From the NCBI GenBank assembly GCA_964581565.1, contig CAZOOZ010000004.1, positions 82,115 through 146,114 of the forward strand: 64,000 nucleotides of DNA, given 5' to 3'. The DNA comes from an uncultured Eubacteriaceae bacterium (GTDB lineage: Bacteria; Bacillota; Clostridia; Eubacteriales; UBA1433). The translations under genes and the position numbers were made by a program. The notes below the pieces were generated by a model that was not told the DNA's origin, made no database searches, and saw nothing but the letters and a program-made list of their open reading frames with translations. This document shows, piece by piece, positions 26,591 to 36,170 of this stretch (position 1 is the stretch's first letter; each line of letters starts with the position of its first letter).

Positions 26591-27586
26591 GTGAATCCAA
26601 ACATTATATACTATGAAAAAGACATATTAAATTATGAATTAGGCAGGCAATTGTATGAAAAATATGAATCGGCTGAATGGATAGCCATTGATAATCACAA
26701 TAATATTTTGGAGCTTAGAAATAAACAAAATCATGAATTTGCTCAAATGAAGAGTAACCTTGTTATAGGTATTCGTAAAACTCACAAATATGTTCCCAAT
26801 AAAAAAGTTTCAGATTTTCTAGTTCCCTATACATCATCAGGCTGTAGTGCAATGTGCTTATATTGTTATCTGGTTTGTAATTATAATAAATGTTCCTATT
26901 TAAGACTTTTTGTAAACAGGGAGCAAATGCTTGATAAGTTAATTAAAACGTCAAATCGCAGCGAAAAAGAATTGATATTTGAAATTGGCAGTAACAGTGA
27001 TTTAGTACTCGAAAATACGATTACGAAAAATCTCGAATGGACAATCGAGCGTTTTGGGAAAAATGAAAAAGGATATATCACTTTTCCCACTAAATTTAAT
27101 ATGATCGAGCCGTTATTAGGCCTTGATCATAAAGAGCGGACAATTATCAGAATGAGTGTGAATCCTGATGAGATCATAAAAAAGATTGAATTAGGCACAT
27201 CATCACTTGAAAAAAGAATCAAAGCGGTTAACAAATTAAAAGAAACCGGATATAAAGTTGGCATTTTAATTGCTCCTGTAATTCTATTGGATAATTGGCA
27301 AAAAATTTATAGGGAACTTATTAAAATTTTGGCGGATTCATTAACACAAAAAGTGAAAGAAGATGTTTTTTTTGAGATTATTTTTATGACATACAGTTAT
27401 GTGCATAGAATGATAAATGCGGAGGCATTTCCCAATGCAGTGGATTTATTCGAAAAAAATAAAATGATAGGGAGAGGTCGCGGCAAATATTGTTATCGGG
27501 CAGATTTAAGAAAAAAAGGTGCAGAGTTTTTTAAAATAGAGATTGAAAAAAAATTTAATAAAAATAAAATTTTATATATTGTATAG
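26591..27586 (+). CDS. splB: spore photoproduct lyase (radical SAM)
   Basis: 331 aa with a CxxxCxxC cluster in SSGCSAMCLYCYL and the size expected for SP lyase. GTG start preceded by GAGGAAAA. Confidence 0.8.
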   Translation: MNPNIIYYEKDILNYELGRQLYEKYESAEWIAIDNHNNILELRNKQNHEFAQMKSNLVIGIRKTHKYVPNKKVSDFLVPYTSSGCSAMCLYCYLVCNYNKCSYLRLFVNREQMLDKLIKTSNRSEKELIFEIGSNSDLVLENTITKNLEWTIERFGKNEKGYITFPTKFNMIEPLLGLDHKERTIIRMSVNPDEIIKKIELGTSSLEKRIKAVNKLKETGYKVGILIAPVILLDNWQKIYRELIKILADSLTQKVKEDVFFEIIFMTYSYVHRMINAEAFPNAVDLFEKNKMIGRGRGKYCYRADLRKKGAEFFKIEIEKKFNKNKILYIV

Positions 27587-27730
27587 TAATTTAAAAAGAC
27601 TATTGAGAATACCCGAAAGTCTTATGAAACAAAAAAGATTTATGGGGGCTTTTTTAAAATTCTGCTTGGTGCGCGTGAATTCTTCCCTTTCTTTAGATTC
27701 ATCAAAATAACGCATAAAAAATTTCTTTAT

Positions 27731-28615
27731 TTAGTTTATTTTTAAAAATTCTTTCCATTTAAGCAAATCACGTCTGCCTTGCACATAGCCCATCTTATAG
27801 CTTTCAGATAATTTATAAAAGTTTGTTTCACGGTTAGATACAGGCATACTATCAGGAAAAACTAAATATGCTCTTCCCTTTTTTTCCAATGAATGCAATT
27901 CATCAAGGGTTTGATTATAGATAATATGTCTGTTTATCATAGCATCAGCTGCAAGGGGGTATTTTTTGTAAACTGTTTTAAGAGCGCTTTTCAATTTTAT
28001 CGGAGATTTTTTATATCCTTTTGGACGGCTTAAAATGATAAAGAATTTCTTATGTCCATCTTGTTTCGCTATATCAAGTGCAATTCCGCCACCGAGACCT
28101 CCGTCGGTATATAAAGACGTATCGATTTGGGTCGGTGGCATGAAGATTGGCATTGATGATGAAGAACGCACAATTTTCATTAAAGTTTGAACATCATGCA
28201 TATCATCTTTAGAAAAATATTTCATTTTTCCATTTTGCATGTCAAATGCACCTATGCGTAATCTAGCGGGATTTGCCATAAATGTATGAAAATCAAAAGG
28301 TAGGTAAGCGTTGGGATAGTGTGTTTGTTCATAAATATAATGAGCATTAAAATATCCGTTGCCTTTAAAAAAAGATTTCCAACCTCCGAAATTTGGATCT
28401 AAAACAAAATCTACAAATGAACGTTTGGCTCTTATGATATCTCGGGATAAGTAATTAACACTATGACTCGCTCCAGCGGATATGCCTGCAACATAATCAA
28501 AATAGATTTCATTTTCTAAAAGATTATTTAAAATGCCGGCAGTATAGCTTGCCCTCATCCCGCCTCCCTCAAAAATAAGTGCGGTATCGTGTATATTGTT
28601 GACTATTTCTATCAA
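27731..28615 (-). CDS. patatin-like phospholipase
   Basis: GGGMRASY oxyanion motif, GISAGA (GxSxG), and DGG near residue 170. Confidence 0.85.
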   Translation of the reverse strand: MIEIVNNIHDTALIFEGGGMRASYTAGILNNLLENEIYFDYVAGISAGASHSVNYLSRDIIRAKRSFVDFVLDPNFGGWKSFFKGNGYFNAHYIYEQTHYPNAYLPFDFHTFMANPARLRIGAFDMQNGKMKYFSKDDMHDVQTLMKIVRSSSSMPIFMPPTQIDTSLYTDGGLGGGIALDIAKQDGHKKFFIILSRPKGYKKSPIKLKSALKTVYKKYPLAADAMINRHIIYNQTLDELHSLEKKGRAYLVFPDSMPVSNRETNFYKLSESYKMGYVQGRRDLLKWKEFLKIN

Positions 28616-28711
28616 GATATCTTCTCCGTTATATTGATTTTTTACTATTATAAAAAATATTTCATTTTTTTGATTATTAATTATATCAGATTTTATAGAA
28701 TAAATTGTAAT

Positions 28712-28742
28712 AAAAAAACCACAGGAAATGTGTGGTTTTTTT
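28712..28742 (-). terminator. intrinsic terminator after the usp-like gene
   Basis: AAAAAAACCACA-GGAAATG-TGTGGTTTTTTT: a stem flanked by A and T runs. Confidence 0.7.
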
Positions 28743-28794
28743 ATTATCTCTATGAGAAAATTAAAAGAAAATACTCAAATGTAGTCATTATAAG

Positions 28795-29253
28795 TTAATG
28801 GTAAAGAAATGTTGATTTTGAAATGATATTTGAGACAACAGTATCTGAAAAAGAGAATTCGTCAGTATATAAATTATCATTGTCTGTTACAATTAAATTT
28901 ATTTCATTATCTTTTTTTATATTTAGAATTTGCTTATTTGGCTTGCCGATTATTATTTTTATTTCAAAGTTAATATCGATGATATCTGAATCAAATTGTA
29001 AAATCTTAGAATAAATTTCTCTCTCTATTTTTCTTGCGATTGTTTCGTCGCATAGTTTATAATCGCGTCCTAAAATGATTGATCCGTCAACTTGACGCCA
29101 TAACCGTGTATTTCTTTTATATTCTCGGACATTGTTTTCTTTTACAAAAGATATTATTAAAAGCACGGAATCTTCTTTTTTAGAGAGTTCAATAGCTTTT
29201 TTGAGTATACCTATTGATATATGCGTGCCGGCAATTGGCATAATAATTTTCAT
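28795..29253 (-). CDS. Usp-fold protein, degenerate paralog of 15533-16021 lacking the ATP-binding glycine motif
   Basis: Shares LWRQVDGSII-GRD with the other Usp, but the C-terminus (TDNDNLYTDEFSFSDTVVSNI) lacks G-x2-G-x9-G(S/T). Confidence 0.6.
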   Translation of the reverse strand: MKIIMPIAGTHISIGILKKAIELSKKEDSVLLIISFVKENNVREYKRNTRLWRQVDGSIILGRDYKLCDETIARKIEREIYSKILQFDSDIIDINFEIKIIIGKPNKQILNIKKDNEINLIVTDNDNLYTDEFSFSDTVVSNIISKSTFLYH

Positions 29254-29335
29254 TACCTGGTCTCCTTTCTTTACAGTTTTTATGTTTATAATGCGCGGTC
29301 ATAAATTATCTTAGTAATAAAAAATATTTATTATG

Positions 29336-30373
29336 TTATATAGCGGATAGCACGTTCCGGCGCAAATCTTTAAATGTAGATATATTTGGTAAATTGTTTT
29401 CCTCTAAATCTCCTGTTTTGCTCCAAATTAATAGTTTAAAAAGTAAATATGTCATCTTTTCAAATACTTCAGGATATATCTTGTTTTTTTCTTCTTCGCG
29501 TTCAGCTTGATGTCTTTGAAGAAAGACAGACAGTATATTTATGGATTCCGGATGAATTGAAGCAAGATGTTTTAATTCTTTATTTAATAAATCAAATTTT
29601 TGTATATGCATAAAATTTTGTATAAATTCTTTTAATTGCTTTTGCACTTCTACATATTCTGAATCTTCCATGAGCGGCTTAATGAAAGTAATCAATGATT
29701 GCAAGGCCTGTGTTTTCGCAAGAAGTGTATGAATTGACTCGGGATCATCAGGAAATTGCCAAAATTGTTTTTGAGCGCAGAAAATTTCTTGCAATTGGAA
29801 CGATACAATATTTTGCAATTCTCGGATAATTGGATTATTATTTATATTCAATTCATTTAAAGAACCCTCGTTATAGGGTTGTGTAAACCAAACTGGCACT
29901 GCTTTTAAAGGATCATTTGAAGTGATTTCAAAACACACGGTTGAAGCCTTATCAAAGGGAAGTCTGTATCCGCTGATCTGATAGCCCCAATTGCTGAGAT
30001 GAGGCTCATGCCCTACAACAATCATGCAATAAGGTATATTTTTATCAGATAATTCTTTCTGTAAATCATCAATATTTCCACTGGAGATCCAGTTGAATTT
30101 ATCTATTTTATAAATTCCTAAATAATCTGCTATGATTTCTGCGGTCTGTATTGAACGTAATATAGGGCTGCAGGCAATGGTTAATTTTAAATTCTGGTCT
30201 ATATTTTTTTTAAGTGAAGGCAGTATTTTATTAATTTGTCTATAGCCATTGCTGTTGAGATTTCTATCATCATCTTCAATACCGATAGCAGCTTCTCCGT
30301 GTCGTATGAATATTAGTTTTCCAATCACTATAACATCCTCCTTAAGAATATCTGTCAAGCCATTATTAAGCAT
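29336..30373 (-). CDS. SixA-type histidine phosphatase domain fused to a helical, possibly CHAD-like, C-terminal domain
   Basis: N-terminal FIRHGEA and VVGHEPHLS are histidine phosphatase motifs. The C-terminal ~170 aa are helical with an ESIHTLLAKTQALQSL segment, so CHAD assignment is weak. Confidence 0.5.
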   Translation of the reverse strand: MLNNGLTDILKEDVIVIGKLIFIRHGEAAIGIEDDDRNLNSNGYRQINKILPSLKKNIDQNLKLTIACSPILRSIQTAEIIADYLGIYKIDKFNWISSGNIDDLQKELSDKNIPYCMIVVGHEPHLSNWGYQISGYRLPFDKASTVCFEITSNDPLKAVPVWFTQPYNEGSLNELNINNNPIIRELQNIVSFQLQEIFCAQKQFWQFPDDPESIHTLLAKTQALQSLITFIKPLMEDSEYVEVQKQLKEFIQNFMHIQKFDLLNKELKHLASIHPESINILSVFLQRHQAEREEEKNKIYPEVFEKMTYLLFKLLIWSKTGDLEENNLPNISTFKDLRRNVLSAI

Positions 30374-30635
30374 ATCATTGTTATTATTTTTAAGTAAACT
30401 TACTTTTTTAAATTTATATTAAGTATTCAATATTGCTTTTAAAATACCATATATATATAAAATCAATTTTATTATTAGATTAAATTTATGTAAAATTACT
30501 TAAATTTCTTGATCGTCTTTAAATGAAAGCATTTTTAGCTATATATAAAACGCTTTTTTACATCTTTATTACTGAGATTTGATTTGCTTTTAATTGTAAT
30601 ATGTTACTATACTAGTAAAAACAGGAGGACTTTTA

Positions 30636-31163
30636 ATGAGCAATGTTATATCGTTTATTAAACAAAAAGATGAGTCGTTGTTTTTTATATTTAATCATAA
30701 AATAAACTGTGTCCCCCTTTCGCTTTTAATGCACTTTTTCACTTTTTTCGGATCGACCCTATTTTCACTTTTCCTATGCCTAAGCCTAATATGTCTGTAT
30801 CGCTATTTTCCTTTACGGTTATTTTTTCATGTGGTAACAGCCATTGCTATAAGCCAGATTATTGTACATACAATTAAACGTTTGGTAGTACGTCCTCGCC
30901 CATGCTATGCTCTGTCTGATACTATTATTAAGAAGCGTCCTCCGATTAATAGCTATTCTTTTCCATCGGGACATACCTGCACTGCTTTTTGTATCGCTTT
31001 CACTTTATCGTTTTTTTTCACTTCTTATGCATCTTTATTTTATATGATAGCCATACTTGTGGGGCTTTCGCGTATTTATCTTGGAATGCATTATCCTACC
31101 GACGTATTTATCGGTGGTATTTTAGGATATGTGGCATATGCATTATCAAATATTATTTTTTAA
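30636..31163 (+). CDS. PAP2-family membrane phosphatase (BcrC/undecaprenyl-diphosphatase-like)
   Basis: KRLVVRPRP, PSGHT and SRIYLGMHYPTDV, the three PAP2 motifs. Confidence 0.85.
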   Translation: MSNVISFIKQKDESLFFIFNHKINCVPLSLLMHFFTFFGSTLFSLFLCLSLICLYRYFPLRLFFHVVTAIAISQIIVHTIKRLVVRPRPCYALSDTIIKKRPPINSYSFPSGHTCTAFCIAFTLSFFFTSYASLFYMIAILVGLSRIYLGMHYPTDVFIGGILGYVAYALSNIIF

Positions 31164-31436
31164 ATACCATTGATTATTAAATAATTAAAAAATAGATTTA
31201 CTAATGAAAAAAAAGATAATTTAATGAGTAAGATGATATAACATTTTTTTACATTATGTCGCTTTATTTTTAGTTTAAAAATAGTTGTTGACAAATATAA
31301 GATGATATGTTAACCTTGCTTAGTATTCAAGATATTTACTTTGCACTCACATATTTGTAAGTCATTGTTTGATGGTTTACATAGCAGTGAGTTTTTTGTT
31401 TTCTATGGGTACGAAATAATATTAGGAGGTGCCCAT

Positions 31437-31649
31437 ATGAATAAAGGTACAGTTAAATGGTTTAATTCAGATAAAGGTTATGGTTTTATTTCCAATGAAG
31501 CTAATGGAGAAGATGTATTCGTACATTTTTCATCCATTATGTCTACAGGATATAAATCTCTTTCGGAAGGCCAAGAAGTAACATTTGATACTGAAGTCGA
31601 TCCTAAAAATAGTCGTAAATTCAGAGCAATTAATGTTTGTATTGCATAA
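31437..31649 (+). CDS. cspA: cold-shock protein
   Basis: [18 protein letters not shown] and VFVHFS are the RNP1/RNP2 motifs. AGGAGG lies 7 nt upstream. The track ORF start at 31341 is an upstream extension. Confidence 0.93.
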   Translation: MNKGTVKWFNSDKGYGFISNEANGEDVFVHFSSIMSTGYKSLSEGQEVTFDTEVDPKNSRKFRAINVCIA

Positions 31650-31666
31650 AATTTTTGAATTAAAGT

Positions 31667-31701
31667 AAAAAAGAGCAGACAAAAAAGTCTGCTCTTTTTT
31701 T
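31667..31701. terminator. bidirectional intrinsic terminator
   Basis: AAAAA-AGAGCAGAC-AAAAAA-GTCTGCTCT-TTTTTT, lying between csp (+) and the convergent 31737-32474 (-). Confidence 0.85.
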
Positions 31702-31736
31702 AGTCAAATTTACCATTTCTTTATCTGCGAAACGTT

Positions 31737-32474
31737 TTATATCTTTTGATCTCTGTTTTCGGATACTAAGCCGTAAGCGCTGAGGCCGATAAAAAACATA
31801 GCTGCAAGTATTAAAGTATGGATATACATGTGAATAAGATTTTTTGAATAAAATATTATAGATACAGACAAAAGTATAACAGCGGTGCTTGTAATTATCG
31901 CAGTGCTTTTAAAGGTCTTTATTTCGGATCTGCCTTTAATTGCTTGTATTAAAAGTATAGCTGCAAAGATAATAAACAGTATTTCCGTTACATACCTTAT
32001 GTCAAAATAAGAAACAAATGCGGTTAGAATTCCTGCGATGATACCATATATTAGCCAGCTTTTTTCTTTAAAAAAGCCAGAGTATATTATAAGCAATGCG
32101 ACCAAGCTTCCGTCAATCATTGCATGAAACAATCTGCCGACAAACAAGTCTACTGATCCTGCAAAAAAACAGAAACAAAGGATTATTGCATTAATAGCAA
32201 ACGCATGGAAAATTTTTATCGGCTCGTTCCAGTAGCTCCAAATTGAAAATTTTAAAGATGTACCAAAAATTTTATTTTCGTTTTTTAAAATCTCGTTAAT
32301 ATTTATTACCATCAACACAACGCCCAACAATGCCGATACGATGAACAAAATATCTGTTAATACAGAATGCGCCGAAGCCTTAATGATTAATAGAACGCTT
32401 AAAATTAAAATTATTATTCCAGAGATAGCTAAAATTAAAATTATCTTATTAATAATGTTAGATTTTTCTTTCAT
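31737..32474 (-). CDS. hypothetical polytopic membrane protein
   Basis: 245 aa with about 7 hydrophobic helices and no recognised motif. Confidence 0.5.
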   Translation of the reverse strand: MKEKSNIINKIILILAISGIIILILSVLLIIKASAHSVLTDILFIVSALLGVVLMVININEILKNENKIFGTSLKFSIWSYWNEPIKIFHAFAINAIILCFCFFAGSVDLFVGRLFHAMIDGSLVALLIIYSGFFKEKSWLIYGIIAGILTAFVSYFDIRYVTEILFIIFAAILLIQAIKGRSEIKTFKSTAIITSTAVILLSVSIIFYSKNLIHMYIHTLILAAMFFIGLSAYGLVSENRDQKI

Positions 32475-32486
32475 TTTAGTATCCTC

Positions 32487-33044
32487 CTATTTTTCAACAT
32501 CTTCGGCATTTACCCAGCCGTATACTTCTTTGCTATCGAGCGAAACCAGATGGTAAATATGTTCTGAAGTTTTTGAGACTAATGTGATCGTGCACTTACT
32601 AGCCGGACGAGTAGCGCTTGATTTGCTTGCTGTTGGAGAAACATAGACCTTTCCGCCTTTGAAATCAACTATATCGCCTATGTTGAAATAAGTAGCGTTT
32701 GTGTCCTGTTCCAGTTTAGAAAAATCCAATTCCGCTTTTTCTAAATCAGGAAGTTTTTCAATAAACGCTTTTTGTTCATCTGTTAAGTCATCGTAAGCTT
32801 TTCGGGCTGCTTCAATAGAAGTTTTATCATTTAAGGAAACAGGGTTGTTAATTGCCGATATCAAATCATCAACAGCTTTTGCTTCATTATCGTTCTGTGA
32901 TGAATCTGGTTGCTGAGTTGCCTGGCTTTGCTTATTTGTATCCGTTTTTACTAAGTTGATTTTAGAGTTAAGCGGGCTCAAACCATACAATAAAAGTGCG
33001 AGAAAAATTGTAATAACAGATAGAAAAATTATATGTTTTTTCAT
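32487..33044 (-). CDS. hypothetical secreted/anchored protein with a C-terminal SH3-like beta domain
   Basis: N-terminal signal anchor, low-complexity Q/N/D linker, and a C-terminal GDIVDFKGGKVY...HIYHLVSLDSKEVYGWVNAEDV segment. Confidence 0.5.
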   Translation of the reverse strand: MKKHIIFLSVITIFLALLLYGLSPLNSKINLVKTDTNKQSQATQQPDSSQNDNEAKAVDDLISAINNPVSLNDKTSIEAARKAYDDLTDEQKAFIEKLPDLEKAELDFSKLEQDTNATYFNIGDIVDFKGGKVYVSPTASKSSATRPASKCTITLVSKTSEHIYHLVSLDSKEVYGWVNAEDVEK

Positions 33045-33222
33045 TTTGAATCCTTCACTATCTCTTTAAAAGATTTTTCTTTATAAGTTTTATCGGATCT
33101 TCTATTTTAAATATCTATATTTTCAACAATAAATCTTTATTTATTTAGAAATTATATAATAAATTTTGTCAAATTAATAACATTATTTCAAAATAATATT
33201 AATAATTTAGAGATTAACATAT

Positions 33223-33245
33223 AAAAAAACCGCGTATCTACGCAG
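33223..33245 (-). terminator. intrinsic terminator after tRNA-Thr
   Basis: On the minus strand: CTGCG-TAGATA-CGCGG followed by TTTTTTT. Confidence 0.65.
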
Positions 33246-33262
33246 TTCTATAATTATCTATT

Positions 33263-33339
33263 TGGAGCTACTGAGCGGACTCGAACCGCTGACCTGCTGA
33301 TTACGAATCAGCTGCTCTACCAACTGAGCCACAGTAGCT
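33263..33339 (-). tRNA. tRNA-Thr (anticodon CGU), CCA encoded
   Basis: The reverse complement folds by hand into a cloverleaf. Acceptor AGCTACT/AGTAGCT, D arm GGCT..GAGC, anticodon stem GCTGA/TCAGC with loop TTCGTAA, T arm AGCGG-TTCGAGT-CCGCT, 3' CCA. Confidence 0.9.
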
Positions 33340-33350
33340 TGCAGATTGAT

Positions 33351-33379
33351 ATTATAATAGAGTTGTAATAAAAAAACAA
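33351..33379 (-). promoter_or_regulatory. candidate promoter of tRNA-Thr
   Basis: On the minus strand: TTGTTT (33379-33374), 17 nt, TATAAT (33356-33351), 11 nt upstream of the tRNA 5' end. Confidence 0.45.
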
Positions 33380-33407
33380 GGAGTTTTCTATTTTTTCTTA
33401 ATTTACA

Positions 33408-34073
33408 TCACAAATGAAGTCTGCTTTTCAATTCCGTTATTATATTATTTCCTTCAAATAAAAATAAAGCGGATAATGAAATAATACTACATCCAACACA
33501 GATAACTGAGGGATATAATACGTCTACAATGTTGATGAATATCAGAATGGAGGGAACGATTCCAAATATGCAAACAATAATTAAATATGTGAAAAATTGT
33601 CCGATCGGTAATTTCATAATTTTTGCTAATATAGTAATGGAAGCCATCATGCCAACACATAAACAAGGGAGAATATAATTCACAGACCAGGCATTGAGAT
33701 CAAAAAATATGTCTAACAGCACGGCTACAAGCAATATCATAACACCTTGATAAAAAATTTGTTTTACAATGTTACTTTTTTTTCGAATAGTTATTCCTAC
33801 GGCTATCCAAATATACACAGCTCCTAGCAAGACCAAAAGCGACCAGAAGCCTGTTTGTGGTAATAGAATATTAACACCAATAGAACTCACTACTCCAATA
33901 ATTGTTATAAAAATTAAAATTTTAAAGTAGAGTTTATGAGCATGAAAAGTAGTTAATACCACAGGAAAAATTTCATCTGTGCAACCATTAGATTGATCTA
34001 ATACATTTTGACATAATGGACACTCTGTACGGAATCCCTGTATTTTAACATTACATTTTTCACAATAAAGCAT
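33408..34073 (-). CDS. membrane protein with an N-terminal zinc-ribbon (CxxC...CxxC) and about 5 TM helices
   Basis: MLYCEKCNVKIQGFRTECPLCQN followed by hydrophobic helices. Lies 30 nt downstream of the acyltransferase gene. Confidence 0.55.
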   Translation of the reverse strand: MLYCEKCNVKIQGFRTECPLCQNVLDQSNGCTDEIFPVVLTTFHAHKLYFKILIFITIIGVVSSIGVNILLPQTGFWSLLVLLGAVYIWIAVGITIRKKSNIVKQIFYQGVMILLVAVLLDIFFDLNAWSVNYILPCLCVGMMASITILAKIMKLPIGQFFTYLIIVCIFGIVPSILIFINIVDVLYPSVICVGCSIISLSALFLFEGNNIITELKSRLHL

Positions 34074-34103
34074 CTATTTTTTCTCCTGAACTTGTTTAAT
34101 CTT

Positions 34104-35411
34104 TTATATATTAGGCTGATTGGATAAAATTTTAATTTCAATTCCGATATTTGATAATAATCTAAAGAAATTTTTTTGTATATTGGTATTTAAAAATTTT
34201 GACGTTATACTCATTGTAAGATGATTATTATAGCTGCAAATAGTCATTTGTATTTTACTTGTGCTTACAAATGCATCCATTGCTTTAATATACGGAATTG
34301 TTTGTTTAGGCATATCGATATTTCCTAAGTTAGATATAGAAGCAGTGGATTTTTTGAGCGTTGTTCCATGGATTATCCTTAATGCTATATCCTTAATAAT
34401 GAGAGGAATAATTCTTGAAAAAATATTCTTTTCTGCCCACATAAGATGATCTAGCCGTTCTTGAAGATTATCTTTTGTTAAATTTTTTTTAAAATTATTT
34501 TTTATATCGGATAGAATTTCATAAAATAATTTTGTATCCAGAGTATTATACTCATTAGGATAAGGGTCTTTAGTATCGAATTTATGACCTACATTAATAA
34601 CACTAAAGAAATTTCTGGCTGAAAGTGAAGGAAAAAATTTGCGTAAATTAACAGGAATATTAATAATAACAGGTTTATTTCGCTCTCTTATTTTCATTTC
34701 GTTATAAATGGAGTAAATGAAAATAGCAGAAATAAACTCTGTTAGTGTAGCATTATATTGATGCGCTTTTTCGTGTAATGCTTCTATCCCGACAACACCT
34801 TCTATAATTAATAATTGTTGTTCGGGAAGCTTGTTTCCTTTTATCTGATAGGCATTTTCTAGTTTCTTTTGTCGTATATAAGCTTGGCTTTTATTTTTAT
34901 TACTGTAATAACGATCAAAACTATCATCTATTTTTTCAAATTCAGAAGCATTATACCCAATATCAAGCGAACAGTCTTTAAAGTTTTCTGGGTACTTACT
35001 AATTAAATAGTGTAGTATTAAACTGCGTAAAAACTGAAATGCGCCCATACCATCTGCCAAAATATGATGAACTTCCAAATTTATTCTTTGTTTGAAGTAT
35101 GTTACCTCAAATAATAGTTGTTCTTTATCTATATATAGTGTGCTGCAAGGGGCTGTGGTTTCTAAATCGACGCTTGGATTAATATAACTTTTTTCAAGGT
35201 AATACCAAAATAGCCCTCTTTTTAAAGTTGAAAGAAATACCGGAAATTGCGTTAATGCTTGATCCAAAGCAATTTTTAAAGTGACAGGATCAACTTCTTC
35301 AATTAATTCGCATGTAACACGAAAAACTTTCGTATCTTGTTTGTTAGTATTAGAAGGAAAAATTTTAGCAGCATTATCTAATGTTTTCCAAGTATAATTT
35401 CTTTTTATCAA
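34104..35411 (-). CDS. HHxxxDG-motif acyltransferase (condensation/WS-DGAT/PapA5 superfamily)
   Basis: 435 aa with INLEVHHILADGMG at about residue 115, the catalytic motif of condensation-type acyltransferases. Confidence 0.6.
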   Translation of the reverse strand: MIKRNYTWKTLDNAAKIFPSNTNKQDTKVFRVTCELIEEVDPVTLKIALDQALTQFPVFLSTLKRGLFWYYLEKSYINPSVDLETTAPCSTLYIDKEQLLFEVTYFKQRINLEVHHILADGMGAFQFLRSLILHYLISKYPENFKDCSLDIGYNASEFEKIDDSFDRYYSNKNKSQAYIRQKKLENAYQIKGNKLPEQQLLIIEGVVGIEALHEKAHQYNATLTEFISAIFIYSIYNEMKIRERNKPVIINIPVNLRKFFPSLSARNFFSVINVGHKFDTKDPYPNEYNTLDTKLFYEILSDIKNNFKKNLTKDNLQERLDHLMWAEKNIFSRIIPLIIKDIALRIIHGTTLKKSTASISNLGNIDMPKQTIPYIKAMDAFVSTSKIQMTICSYNNHLTMSITSKFLNTNIQKNFFRLLSNIGIEIKILSNQPNI

Positions 35412-35449
35412 TATATTTATCCTTTCATTTTTAAACTAATTTAAACATA

Positions 35450-36007
35450 TTAATTAAAATTAAATATTTTATTTTGCGTAAAAATAGCGTCCATTTTGAT
35501 GTCAAAATTATTTACAGGTATTTTTTTAAAAATAAACTCTTCAAGGCAGAAAGCTATTTTGGTTTCATATTGATTCTGAAGGAAAAATCGATCATAATAT
35601 CCTCCGCCATACCCTATTCTATTTCCTTTTGCATCAAAAGCAAGCCCAGGCGTAATAATAACATCGATAAAATCATTGTAATAATTTTTAATTTCAGATT
35701 CATCTATACCGTATTTATTTTTCATAAAAGTACTGTTTGCATGAATAATGGTTGGCATCATTTTATAGTGATTTAAAATAGTTGGAACAAGTATAGTTTT
35801 ATTTTCCTTTAGAGCTGCTCTAATTAAATATTTTGTATTTACTTCGTATGGCATACTCAAATAAACAAAAAATACCTTTGAATCAGTATAAAAAGTACTT
35901 GATAAAAATTTTTCAACAATAATACCAGATTGTTTCTCTATATAATTTTTCCCGAGTTTTTCTCTTAATTTTATGCAGTTTTCTCTAATTTGTATCTTTG
36001 CTTCCAT
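35450..36007 (-). CDS. 5-formyltetrahydrofolate cyclo-ligase
   Basis: GLAFDAKGNRIGYGGGYYDRF C-terminal motif. Start set at ATG 36007 (GGAG SD 5 nt upstream); the track start is 36022. Confidence 0.85.
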   Translation of the reverse strand: MEAKIQIRENCIKLREKLGKNYIEKQSGIIVEKFLSSTFYTDSKVFFVYLSMPYEVNTKYLIRAALKENKTILVPTILNHYKMMPTIIHANSTFMKNKYGIDESEIKNYYNDFIDVIITPGLAFDAKGNRIGYGGGYYDRFFLQNQYETKIAFCLEEFIFKKIPVNNFDIKMDAIFTQNKIFNFN

Positions 36008-36170
36008 TTCTACTCCATTCATTAGTAATAATTTACTATGTATTATTAAAATTGTCTAATAATATTTATTATTTTGACAATAAAGTAAACAAAATTTATT
36101 TTAAACAATAATTTTACTACAGAAAACATATATTTATTTTATGTAAGTTAATAAAAAGGAGATATGAGAA

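Noticed and set aside
27624-27710. 28-codon ORF (MKQKRFMGAFLKFCLVRVNSS...) in a slightly GC-richer patch between splB and the patatin gene
   Set aside because: It has no SD and no recognisable family. It may be a gene remnant, but the evidence is insufficient.
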